NCBI GenBank assembly: GCA_964589775.1
Contig: CAZPUN010000040.1
Span: 1 to 18,204 of the forward strand
Source: an uncultured archaeon
GTDB taxonomy: Archaea; Asgardarchaeota; Thorarchaeia; Thorarchaeales; CAZPUN01
Direction of reading: 5' to 3'
DNA length: 18,204 nt
Part shown: piece by piece, positions 1 to 8,472 of the stretch
How the letters are laid out: each line of letters starts with the position of its first letter
Position numbering within the stretch: the stretch's first letter is position 1
Position numbers and translations under genes: made by a program
Notes under the pieces: model-generated
Seen by the model: only the letters and a program-made list of their open reading frames with translations
Database searches by the model: none
Told to the model about the DNA's origin: nothing

Positions 1-29
1 CTAAGTAGCTTACCTAAGATTGGATTTTA

Positions 30-965
30 CTAAATATTCAAATTTTTCTTTAAGTGTATCATCCAGATTATGAAAATAATGCCCACTATTGAGCATCCTA
101 TGAATTGTAGTGATAAGATTACGTCTGCTAATATTGCATAAGATGCAACTCCAAATGTAATGCCTGCTGCAAATCCATACACATTTGTAATATTGTTCAT
201 ATCATACTTTTGAAATTCAAGGAAGAACCATACAAAGAGTGCTATGAGGATTAAGAAATCAAACAAGGCGGGCATACCTAATACACGTAACAGATGTGGA
301 ACTAGCAAAATGAATGCCCATACCATAAACATACTTATTAAAATGGGGCCTTTAATGGATTCATTGGTACCATAATTTTCTGGATATTTCTTAGCTATAT
401 GCAATAAAACAACCATTAGACCCGCGAATACAATGTAGTGCAGAATTGATGGTTGATAGGGCGTCATAATGTTAAAGAGAAAACCATCAATTGCGAGAAC
501 AACTATCAGAACTTTAATCAAACCATCTGATAGTAAACTTTTACCGCGTATTTCAGGAAAGACCAGATCTGTAAGCATAACTGGTGTAGAAATACTAATC
601 AATGAGTGAAAGATCATCAACATTGCAACCCAAATCCAATTGACATCTAAGAATCTGCCATATACGCCCAAAACACCAACATCAACCCAACCAGGATTAA
701 AGAAACTCTTTAGAATAATACCTTCCTCTAATATACCATATGCAAGTCCAGCTATGAGAAGGCTAGCATATCCCTTATTCCACCGAACAATTAATTCACG
801 AAATAGTAAAGCACCAACACCGTACAAACCAAGTAGCAGCATAAGTACTAGAGGATGAAAGAACTCAAATAGCGGTGTGCTACCACTAAGAACCTCACCC
901 ATGATAGGTGCAAGAAATAACAGAAAAAGAATTTTCTTTTTATTGCTTGTTTCTCTCTCTTCCAA
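30..965 (-). CDS. Uncharacterised polytopic membrane protein, possibly related to CPBP/PrsW intramembrane metalloproteases
   Basis: ORF 30..1007 has many hydrophobic helices and motifs APxxGE, YGILEEG and IFHSL. The likely start is TTG at 965, with SD GGTGA at 975-971 five nt upstream. Confidence 0.75.
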   Translation of the reverse strand: MEERETSNKKKILFLLFLAPIMGEVLSGSTPLFEFFHPLVLMLLLGLYGVGALLFRELIVRWNKGYASLLIAGLAYGILEEGIILKSFFNPGWVDVGVLGVYGRFLDVNWIWVAMLMIFHSLISISTPVMLTDLVFPEIRGKSLLSDGLIKVLIVVLAIDGFLFNIMTPYQPSILHYIVFAGLMVVLLHIAKKYPENYGTNESIKGPILISMFMVWAFILLVPHLLRVLGMPALFDFLILIALFVWFFLEFQKYDMNNITNVYGFAAGITFGVASYAILADVILSLQFIGCSIVGIIFIIWMIHLKKNLNI

Positions 966-1074
966 AATTATCACCTTTTTATTCCATGTTTTGTAATATG
1001 ATATCATATTAAATTTAAAATATCGTCGAATAATTTATATGTTTTTCTAGATTTATTGCTAAAACTGAAGAAAT

Positions 1075-1527
1075 ATGATAATACTGAATCTTAAAATTGT
1101 TAATTTTTTACTATGGCTATTTGTAATGATAATTGCATCGTATTTCGACTCTAAAAGATATAGGGTGCCAAATCTACTTTTTTATATAGCAATACCGCTC
1201 TCATTCTTAATCAATACCATAGAGTTTATTCAAGATTTACAAAGATTCGTAGAAATGACTATAGCAACCATTATAATTGTATTTTTTCTAGAATTTCTCG
1301 CTTTTGTAAGAGCATTGGGTGGAGCTGATCTAAAATCATTTCTTTTATTTTTATTGATAGGTATTCCGATAAAAAATACAAATATAGCCTTTCTATCAAC
1401 CATGATTCTAATCTTTTTGATTTTATTAATTGGATTAATCCACACGAAGTATTCGAAAAAAGAGGAAAACACATTTCCATTAATACCATTTATTTGTTTA
1501 ATTGGAACTATATTATTAATTATATAA
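1075..1527 (+). CDS. A24-family prepilin/preflagellin peptidase, minimal membrane-only form
   Basis: Both catalytic Asp motifs are present: SYFD-x5-VPN and LGGAD-K (archaeal GGAD variant of GxGD). C-terminal FPLIPFI motif and about 5 TM segments. Confidence 0.8.
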   Translation: MIILNLKIVNFLLWLFVMIIASYFDSKRYRVPNLLFYIAIPLSFLINTIEFIQDLQRFVEMTIATIIIVFFLEFLAFVRALGGADLKSFLLFLLIGIPIKNTNIAFLSTMILIFLILLIGLIHTKYSKKEENTFPLIPFICLIGTILLII

Positions 1528-1547
1528 AAAAGGGAAAAATTGAAAAA

Positions 1548-2189
1548 TTATTCTTTGTATTTTTCCAAATTTTCAAGGTATTCTGCTTCTTTGCTTGTTG
1601 GATACATTATGAATCTACAAGATTTGTCGCCCTTCGCTTCACATAATACTTCAGTGGCGTCTAATGGAACTCCACTCGCAACAGAACACCATCCGGCACT
1701 ATATCCTGCATTAAAATAACATACAGGTTCATCTGATTTCCCAATTTCTTCCTTCCAATATGTTGCTTCAAAGTTATTTGGATGTTCATAGAATAAGAAA
1801 AAGTTCTCGTCCTCAGTAATATTGCTTGGTAATAGCTTAACTCTTACAAAGCCAGCATATCCTGCAAATATTGGACCTGCAGCAACTCTCTCAACAACAT
1901 TTTCAAGATTTAATTTTGGCAGGAGTCTCTTTGCAGCAGTTTCACCTAAAGTTTTTCCAAACCGATACATGAATAAATTGACACCATTTGGATCAAGTAA
2001 TTCCGCAAGCTGTTGTTTCATGTCTACAGCTATAGACTGCAAATTAATTAACATATATTCGGAATCTCCAAGAATAATACGACTTTCTTCTGGACGCATT
2101 TTCATAGCATTAAATAGGTCTTCCATTTTCGCTTCAATCTTATCTATCAAAGGATGTAGTTCCACAGGGGCATCTACGGTTTTTGGCAT
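1548..2189 (-). CDS. Stand-alone V4R (4-vinyl reductase) domain protein
   Basis: C-terminal PVC..NAGY..GW...ATEVLCEAKGDKSCRF matches the V4R C...E-x-x-C...C Zn signature. N-terminal region is XylR_N-like (MYRFGK..G). SD GAGGTGA lies upstream. Confidence 0.88.
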   Translation of the reverse strand: MPKTVDAPVELHPLIDKIEAKMEDLFNAMKMRPEESRIILGDSEYMLINLQSIAVDMKQQLAELLDPNGVNLFMYRFGKTLGETAAKRLLPKLNLENVVERVAAGPIFAGYAGFVRVKLLPSNITEDENFFLFYEHPNNFEATYWKEEIGKSDEPVCYFNAGYSAGWCSVASGVPLDATEVLCEAKGDKSCRFIMYPTSKEAEYLENLEKYKE

Positions 2190-2396
2190 AAATTCACCTC
2201 AAATTAATATATAAAATATATGTAAAAATTTGTAAAATGGTATATAAAAGATTTTTGTAAAGCATCAAAATGCAGGTAAAAAATAAAAAATTATAAAAAT
2301 TTTATTGATTTTTTTGTATTTTTTCTAATAAAACAGTGATAATAGTTTAATAGTGGTTTTGCATTATATATGAGGTTACACAGAGGTGATTAAATC

Positions 2397-3224
2397 ATGG
2401 GTCTATTAGGATTCATAAACATACCAATCTTAGAAGACATAATCGCCTTCTTTATTACACTGATAGCGATTTTCATGCTGATTGGTATAAATGATAAACT
2501 GAGAAACTCAGGAAAATTGAATATAAATATCTCAAGAAAGGTTATACATACCTTTGCGGCGCCAATTTTCATATTCTTCTTCCCATTCTATTCGGGATCA
2601 TGGTTTTCACCATTGATCGCAATGATAGTTCCACTAATATTTGCATTAAAATTCCTGACAATTGGATTAGGAATCACAAAAGATGAAGCATTTGTAAATA
2701 CAATGTCCAGGTCTGGAGAACCACAAGAACTTTTGAAAGGTACATTCTATTACACCGTCGTTATGATTATTCTTGCTTTGGTATGGTGGACACATCCACT
2801 TGCAGTCATAGCGTTCTCATTATTAGCATTTGGTGACGGTTTTGCAGACATTGTTGGCAGAAACTATGGTAAGAAGAAAATCAAGGTACCAGCAGGCGAA
2901 AAGACGCTTGAAGGCTCTCTAATTGGAATGTTTCTAATTGGTCTTATACTAACAATCATAATGTTATTCTTCTACGGCTTGATGGGAGCCGTTGTATACA
3001 ACAATGGAACAATTGTATATGTATACACCATAAATACAATTGGCGAGTGGATAGTACCATTAGTTATTCTTGCATTTATCGGAATGATTGTTGAATTATT
3101 CTGTCCAAAGGACATCGATAACATTGTAATACCTGCAGTAATTATTATCGTGGGTATAATATTGATCATGTTTGGATTCTGGCCGGGAATCACAAGCAAG
3201 TTCCAATTCTTCTGGGAACTATAA
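2397..3224 (+). CDS. CTP-dependent polyprenol kinase (phytol/farnesol/dolichol kinase, cytidylyltransferase-like family)
   Basis: Motifs SRKVIH, G.FYY, GDGFADIVGR.YG, KTLEGS and DNI.IP; polytopic membrane protein; SD GAGGTGA upstream. Confidence 0.88.
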   Translation: MGLLGFINIPILEDIIAFFITLIAIFMLIGINDKLRNSGKLNINISRKVIHTFAAPIFIFFFPFYSGSWFSPLIAMIVPLIFALKFLTIGLGITKDEAFVNTMSRSGEPQELLKGTFYYTVVMIILALVWWTHPLAVIAFSLLAFGDGFADIVGRNYGKKKIKVPAGEKTLEGSLIGMFLIGLILTIIMLFFYGLMGAVVYNNGTIVYVYTINTIGEWIVPLVILAFIGMIVELFCPKDIDNIVIPAVIIIVGIILIMFGFWPGITSKFQFFWEL

Positions 3225-3234
3225 GGTGACATAG

Positions 3235-4050
3235 ATGGGATTCGAGAAATCAAAAGACCTAACAATAATCAAACTTGGTGGCTCATTATTAACGGACAAA
3301 TCTGTGCCGTATAAGATGCGAAAAGGAATATTCAGAGACATTGCCAGAGAACTCCATGAGACACTTGAAAATCTAATAATCATCCATGGAGTCGGATCAT
3401 TCGGGCATCCACCTGTTAAAAAGTATGGCCTATACAAGGGCTATACTGGACCCGGTAATCTCTTAGATCTTGCAAAGACTCAGAGTAGTGTTTTTGAGGT
3501 GCGATTAGAATTAACAAAAGCTCTTCAAGAAGAAGGCATTAACGCAATGATATTCTTACCCAGCAGCCAAATAATATCCGAAAAAATGAATATCCAGCAA
3601 TTTTTCCTTGAACCAATTCGGAAATTTATGAATATAGGAATGGTTCCAGTAATCGGCGGAGATATAGTAATAGATACAAAGATGGGATTCTCTGTATGTT
3701 CAGGAGATGCAATTGCAGCATATTTAGCAGAAGAATTCGGAGCAAAACGCCTCATATTTGCAACAGATGTTGAAGGCATTTATACTTCGGATCCCAAGAA
3801 AGACCCTGATGCAAAATTAATTCGCGAAATAAATCTGAATAAGCTAGACTTGTTAGCAAAAATCACAGGTTCGCAATTCACAGATGTAACACACGGCATG
3901 GCAGGAAAGATTGAAGCCGTCATGAAATACAAAGATATAATTGAGAAGGGCACAGAAGTAGTGTTTCTATCAATGTTTTCGCCGGGACATCTAAAAGCAT
4001 ATTTATCCGGAGATCCACAAGCAAAATTCACAAGAATAATTGTAGATTGA
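3235..4050 (+). CDS. ipk: Isopentenyl phosphate kinase (amino-acid kinase family)
   Basis: IIKLGGSLLTDK, IIHGVGSFGH (IPK-specific His), SGD, TDVEGIY..DP and DVTHGMAGK. Starts 10 nt after the upstream kinase, with SD AGGTGA. Confidence 0.9.
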   Translation: MGFEKSKDLTIIKLGGSLLTDKSVPYKMRKGIFRDIARELHETLENLIIIHGVGSFGHPPVKKYGLYKGYTGPGNLLDLAKTQSSVFEVRLELTKALQEEGINAMIFLPSSQIISEKMNIQQFFLEPIRKFMNIGMVPVIGGDIVIDTKMGFSVCSGDAIAAYLAEEFGAKRLIFATDVEGIYTSDPKKDPDAKLIREINLNKLDLLAKITGSQFTDVTHGMAGKIEAVMKYKDIIEKGTEVVFLSMFSPGHLKAYLSGDPQAKFTRIIVD

Positions 4051-4059
4051 TTTTCGAAT

Positions 4060-4095
4060 CCTGTTTCTTTTTCTATTTTTTCTTTTTCATCTATT
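4060..4095 (+). terminator. Probable archaeal U-rich terminator of the kinase operon
   Basis: TTTCTTTTTCTATTTTTCTTTTTC follows the ipk stop closely. Confidence 0.5.
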
Positions 4096-4155
4096 ATCGT
4101 AGTAATACTAAATTTATTCTTTTTACAACCGTACAATATACACGGTGAAATATTC

Positions 4156-4848
4156 TTGGCAATTGTAAAAACCAGCTCAAATTCATGGCAAAGCCCAATT
4201 AAGGTAAAATTGATCGCATATACGCCAGAACCAGAAAGAGTGATCGCTGCAGCAGGGAGGTCATGCTACTCAAAAGACCCAACAGATGTTCTAATGGAAA
4301 CAATGACTGAAGAAGACCGTAAAAAATTAATTAGAACATTGGTAAAGATGGGGCATCATTCAGTAATAGAGCATGCAGTTTTCACTTTTGCAATCTCTGG
4401 AGTTTCAAGAGTTACAACACATCAACTCGTCCGACACAGAATCGCATCATACTCGCAAAAGTCCCAGCGATATGTAAAGGAAAAAAATTTCGATTATGTA
4501 GAACCACCAAAAATACAGAAGAATGAAGAGGCACATAAGATTTTCACAGAGGCAATGAAATATCTATCTGATGCATATTCAAAATTGGTAAAGATGGGAA
4601 TTCCAAAAGAGGATGCACGATATCTTTTGCCAAATGCTGCACAATCCCATATAACGGTTACAATGAATGCTAGAGAATTATTACACTTTATAAATCTCAG
4701 AATGGCACCATCAGCTCAATGGGAAATTAGAATACTTGCAAGATTAATGCTTGAAGAAGTACGAAAAGTTGCGCCAACAGTTTTTGAAAATATTCCGCTT
4801 GAACCCATTGAAATAGACAAAGAGGAACTTGTAATACAACAAGAATAA
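4156..4848 (+). CDS. thyX: FAD-dependent thymidylate synthase
   Basis: ThyX signature RHR-x7-SQRY (RHRIASYSQKSQRY), plus GHHSVIEH, EDARYLLP, MNAREL..F and AQWEIR. TTG start with SD GGTGA at 4144-4148. Confidence 0.96.
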   Translation: MAIVKTSSNSWQSPIKVKLIAYTPEPERVIAAAGRSCYSKDPTDVLMETMTEEDRKKLIRTLVKMGHHSVIEHAVFTFAISGVSRVTTHQLVRHRIASYSQKSQRYVKEKNFDYVEPPKIQKNEEAHKIFTEAMKYLSDAYSKLVKMGIPKEDARYLLPNAAQSHITVTMNARELLHFINLRMAPSAQWEIRILARLMLEEVRKVAPTVFENIPLEPIEIDKEELVIQQE

Positions 4849-4889
4849 GAAATCAAAAAATAAGAGGGCTAAAGCCCATCATTATAATT

Positions 4890-6710
4890 TTATGCGAGTC
4901 CAAGTTCTTTCTTCTTTTCTTCAGTGGGTACGCCGTTTTCGTCCCAGCCACGAACCTTGTAGTATTCTGGTAATAGCTTATCGATGTGAGCGACCTGACC
5001 CTTATTTGGACCGTCGGGCATGGGCTCTTCAAGAAGTCTCTTTGGCAATGTATCATCAGCCTTTGTGAATCCGGCCTTAAGGTTGAACAAACGTTCAAGG
5101 TTCCAGATACGTTCGCCTGCTTTTAGTGCTTCCTCAGGAGTATATTCAAATCCAGTTACAGCTGTTAGTAATGCTGCGTAATCTGGAGCTCCGAGAGCAA
5201 ATGATGTGAATAGACACATACCTGAAGAGTCAATAACAGCAGTTAGATCCTGGAATGTCTTTACCCATTCGGGCTTACCCTTTAGTTCCTGTGGGTCTAA
5301 TTTCTCAGGCACTCCCAGAATTTCTGGTGAAATCATATATCCACGGACGTGACATCCACCACGGTTGCTTGTTGCATATTCAAGTGCATGTCCCTGAGCA
5401 CCTCTTGGGTCATAAGCGGGTAATTCTTGCTTCTTTACACTCATTGAAAGTTCAGGGTGACCATATTTTTCGGCAAAACGATATGAACCCTCAGCTAATT
5501 CATCACCAAGACCCTCACGATATGCAATCTTCTTGAGATATGCAAGTAATGCTTCAGCGTTACCGAATTTAAGTTCGGGACCGTCAACTTTGTCCTTTGG
5601 AAGATATCCTTTCTCATACATTTCCATAGCACATGCGATGGTTCCACCAGCTGAAATAGGGTCTAGACCAAGTTCATTGGATAGATAGTTTGCTTCAACT
5701 ATTGCTTCAAGGTCCGAAATGCCTAAGTCGGCACCATATGCCCAACCCACTTCATATTCAGGGCCTTCACCTTCACGACCATTTGGCAATTTTGTCTTAC
5801 GACCACAAGCAATCGGACAACCCCAACATGCTACATTGCGGACGAGATATTTCTCGCGTAAGGTTTCACCATTAACTTTTTCGGCTTCCTCAAAGACACC
5901 GGTCTGGAAGTTTCGAGTCGGATACAATCCATTCTCATTAATGATACTATCGAGAACTTTTGTACCATATGTAGGAAGTCCTTTGCTAGTAACATCATTT
6001 GTCTTGACCTTATCCATTGATGACTTTAGTGCCTCTTGCCACTTTTCTTTGTTTGCAACCTGAGGTCTCTTCTTACCAACTACAGCAATTGCCTTCAGAT
6101 TCTTTGAACCCATAATCGCACCTACACCAGTACGACCTGCAGCTCGATTCTTATCATTGATAATACATGCATATTTTACTAAGTTCTCACCGGCAGGACC
6201 AATACATGTTACTTTGATTCTTCTATCGCCGCCATTCTCTTCTACAATTTTATCGGTAGTCTCATGAGTGTTCTTGCCCCATAGATGTGATGCATCACGA
6301 ATTTCAACCTTCTCTTCATCGATCCATATGTATACTGGCTTCTCAGCCTTGCCTTTGATAATCACCATATCATAACCTGCACTCTTTAATGCAACACCCC
6401 AATCTCCACCAGAATTACTCGATGCAATCGTTCCTGTGAGAAGTCCTTTTGTTACCACCATGTATCGCCCAGCTGCAGGAGCAGGTAATCCAGTTATTGG
6501 ACCTGTTGCAAAAATCAACATGTTCTCAGGGCTCAATGGATCTACATTAGGATCCAATTCATCATACAAAATTTTTGAAGCATATCCTCTTCCGCCAATG
6601 TAATCCTTGGCTATTTTTTCATCAATGGGCTCAACCTTAGTCTGACCTGTAGTCAAGTCAATCCTAAGGATTTTACCCATGTATCCTCCGACTATTTTTA
6701 ACACCTCCAC
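4890..6710 (-). CDS. aor: Tungsten-containing aldehyde:ferredoxin oxidoreductase (AOR family)
   Basis: GKILRIDL N-terminus, AAGRTGVGA.MGSKNLKAI, [4Fe-4S] ligands CxxCxxxC (CWGCPIAC), EYE, GLD, YDPRG, RGGCH, C-terminal YY..RGWD..G.P. The exact start is uncertain (6710, 6695 or 6680). Confidence 0.95.
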   Translation of the reverse strand: MEVLKIVGGYMGKILRIDLTTGQTKVEPIDEKIAKDYIGGRGYASKILYDELDPNVDPLSPENMLIFATGPITGLPAPAAGRYMVVTKGLLTGTIASSNSGGDWGVALKSAGYDMVIIKGKAEKPVYIWIDEEKVEIRDASHLWGKNTHETTDKIVEENGGDRRIKVTCIGPAGENLVKYACIINDKNRAAGRTGVGAIMGSKNLKAIAVVGKKRPQVANKEKWQEALKSSMDKVKTNDVTSKGLPTYGTKVLDSIINENGLYPTRNFQTGVFEEAEKVNGETLREKYLVRNVACWGCPIACGRKTKLPNGREGEGPEYEVGWAYGADLGISDLEAIVEANYLSNELGLDPISAGGTIACAMEMYEKGYLPKDKVDGPELKFGNAEALLAYLKKIAYREGLGDELAEGSYRFAEKYGHPELSMSVKKQELPAYDPRGAQGHALEYATSNRGGCHVRGYMISPEILGVPEKLDPQELKGKPEWVKTFQDLTAVIDSSGMCLFTSFALGAPDYAALLTAVTGFEYTPEEALKAGERIWNLERLFNLKAGFTKADDTLPKRLLEEPMPDGPNKGQVAHIDKLLPEYYKVRGWDENGVPTEEKKKELGLA

Positions 6711-6744
6711 AATTAAAAATAATTTCGTAATATCATTTAGTCAA

Positions 6745-6802
6745 CAAAGTATATATATTTTTTCAAAAAATAAAAAATTCGATATGAAATTTTAGCATAT
6801 CG
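6745..6802 (-). promoter_or_regulatory. aor promoter: TATA-like element plus an upstream palindromic operator CGATATG-N9-CATATCG
   Basis: TATATATA-like run near 6750-6758 preceded by an A-rich BRE-like run on the minus strand. Perfect 7-bp inverted repeat at 6780-6786 and 6796-6802. Confidence 0.5.
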
Positions 6803-6823
6803 GAAATAATTCATAAAATTTTA

Positions 6824-7855
6824 TTATTTTTTATCGATAAACTGCCTAAGGTTTTCCTCTTCTTCAGGTAGCATTTCTAATTCGGTTTCAATATCAAGTA
6901 ATTTTTCAGAGATTATTTGAGGAATTCGTTCGATTTCATTGGTGCCAACAAAATTAATACCATGAGCAATCATTAATAATCGAGCGGAATTTGTAAATCC
7001 GGGAATTCCGATTATTAAAGCCTCGCGGGGAGAAAGTTGTAATAGTTCTTCAATTGCCTTACTAATTATTTCTTCGCCGATTGGATTAATACTGGGGATA
7101 AATTTAACAACTACAGAAATATCACCTTTTTTCAAAACAGCATGTACTTTTATTTTGCGGCCTTCGGGACTTTCCATTACGACATCTTTTTCAACGGACC
7201 ATCCGGATTTTTGTATAACTTCGATAAGCGAATCTGAAAAATCAATATCATTTACGATCTTTTTAATATCAGCTTTAGGACTTAGAAAGTATCCATAAAT
7301 AGGACTTAAGATAGAATCGCGAATAGGTCCTTCACGGCCACATTCTAGGCATTCGAAACCAATTTCAGGGTGTTCAATATATGTACCACAGGATTTACAT
7401 TGAAGTATAATACCAGTAAATGCCCAATCTACACTCATTTGTTTAAGTTCCTTTTTACAATGCGGGCAAACGAGTTTATCGTCTTTCATAAAATCTTCTC
7501 GAAATGCTATGAACCCACATTCAATATGGCGAATTCCAATTCCCTTTTCAAAATTTCGAGACCCACACATAGGGCATGCGATCCATGTTCTTAGCTTCGA
7601 ACTCTTACAATTTGGACATAAAATTAGATTATCGGTGATCTTCTTCTCTAAAATTCTGAGTTCAGTAGCAGTTTCGAGGACTTCTTGAATCAAATCATCA
7701 CTAACGCCAAGAGCTTTTATTGCAAATGGATATACGATACCGCCATTTATAGTATAATGTGGAGAGATATACTCTAAGTCCTGCTTTCGCATTTCAGATA
7801 CTAATTTGTATATTAAGTTAGCTATATTCTTGCTTAATGTCACGACAAATGCCAC
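6824..7855 (-). CDS. TackOD1-type multi-Zn-ribbon protein fused to a degenerate C-terminal restriction-endonuclease-like (Mrr-cat-like) domain
   Basis: G..YP and ILEK segment followed by CPNC, CPMC, HIEC, CPHC, CKSC and CLEC, the pattern of thaumarchaeal output domain 1. C-terminal GWSVEKDV...G....V.A and IPGFT..A......GI..V resemble the Mrr-type fold. Confidence 0.75.
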   Translation of the reverse strand: MAFVVTLSKNIANLIYKLVSEMRKQDLEYISPHYTINGGIVYPFAIKALGVSDDLIQEVLETATELRILEKKITDNLILCPNCKSSKLRTWIACPMCGSRNFEKGIGIRHIECGFIAFREDFMKDDKLVCPHCKKELKQMSVDWAFTGIILQCKSCGTYIEHPEIGFECLECGREGPIRDSILSPIYGYFLSPKADIKKIVNDIDFSDSLIEVIQKSGWSVEKDVVMESPEGRKIKVHAVLKKGDISVVVKFIPSINPIGEEIISKAIEELLQLSPREALIIGIPGFTNSARLLMIAHGINFVGTNEIERIPQIISEKLLDIETELEMLPEEEENLRQFIDKK

Positions 7856-8030
7856 CCAGAATTTAGGGTCTCTAAATTTGTTTTATCAATAACCATTATA
7901 TAAATTTATTTTAAGCAATTTTCTGATTTTAGTTTTTATAATAATATCTTTTAAAATTAACTGAATTTTTGAAAATTCTATTCATGGTATATCGAGTGAG
8001 ACCATAAATTGTTAGAAAAAAGAAGGGCAA

Positions 8031-8459
8031 TTAGGAAACTTGGACTCCTTTTGCAATGACTTTACCTAATTTGAAACAATTCTCGAATACATCATCGCTG
8101 GTAATAATATCGCTTTTTACCGTGCCATAGATCATAATCATACCCATTCTGCGCATTCTATTAAACAGAACATCCGCAGATTCACGAATTCCAAATGTGC
8201 CACCAACCTTACCTGAGAAAGTGGGGCCTACGGTCTGGAGAATTCGATCAATTTCACGCGATACATTACGCTTTTCATTAGGACTACCAATTATGATCCC
8301 GTTTGCCTTTTTGAAAATCTCAAACCGAGTGACATCATTTGCAATTAAAACTTCAACATCTACATTATCGACGGATTTTATTCCTTCTAGAACTTTTTCT
8401 GCCATCTTTGTAATTCGATCATCTGAATTATCATATAATAAAATGATTTTAGGTTTCAT
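8031..8459 (-). CDS. Flavodoxin-like protein with an atypical FMN loop
   Basis: Flavodoxin/WrbA pattern: ILLY...T.KMAE.V.EG, GIIIGSP, GKVGGTFG, C..LG..IA. The canonical S-x-x-G-N-T phosphate loop is replaced by DNSDDRIT. Confidence 0.75.
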   Translation of the reverse strand: MKPKIILLYDNSDDRITKMAEKVLEGIKSVDNVDVEVLIANDVTRFEIFKKANGIIIGSPNEKRNVSREIDRILQTVGPTFSGKVGGTFGIRESADVLFNRMRRMGMIMIYGTVKSDIITSDDVFENCFKLGKVIAKGVQVS

Positions 8460-8472
8460 TATTTCATGCTCC

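Noticed and set aside
966-1007. N-terminal extension MISYYKTWNKKVII of the first ORF
   Set aside because: It contains the SD (GGTGA) for a better-placed TTG at 965.
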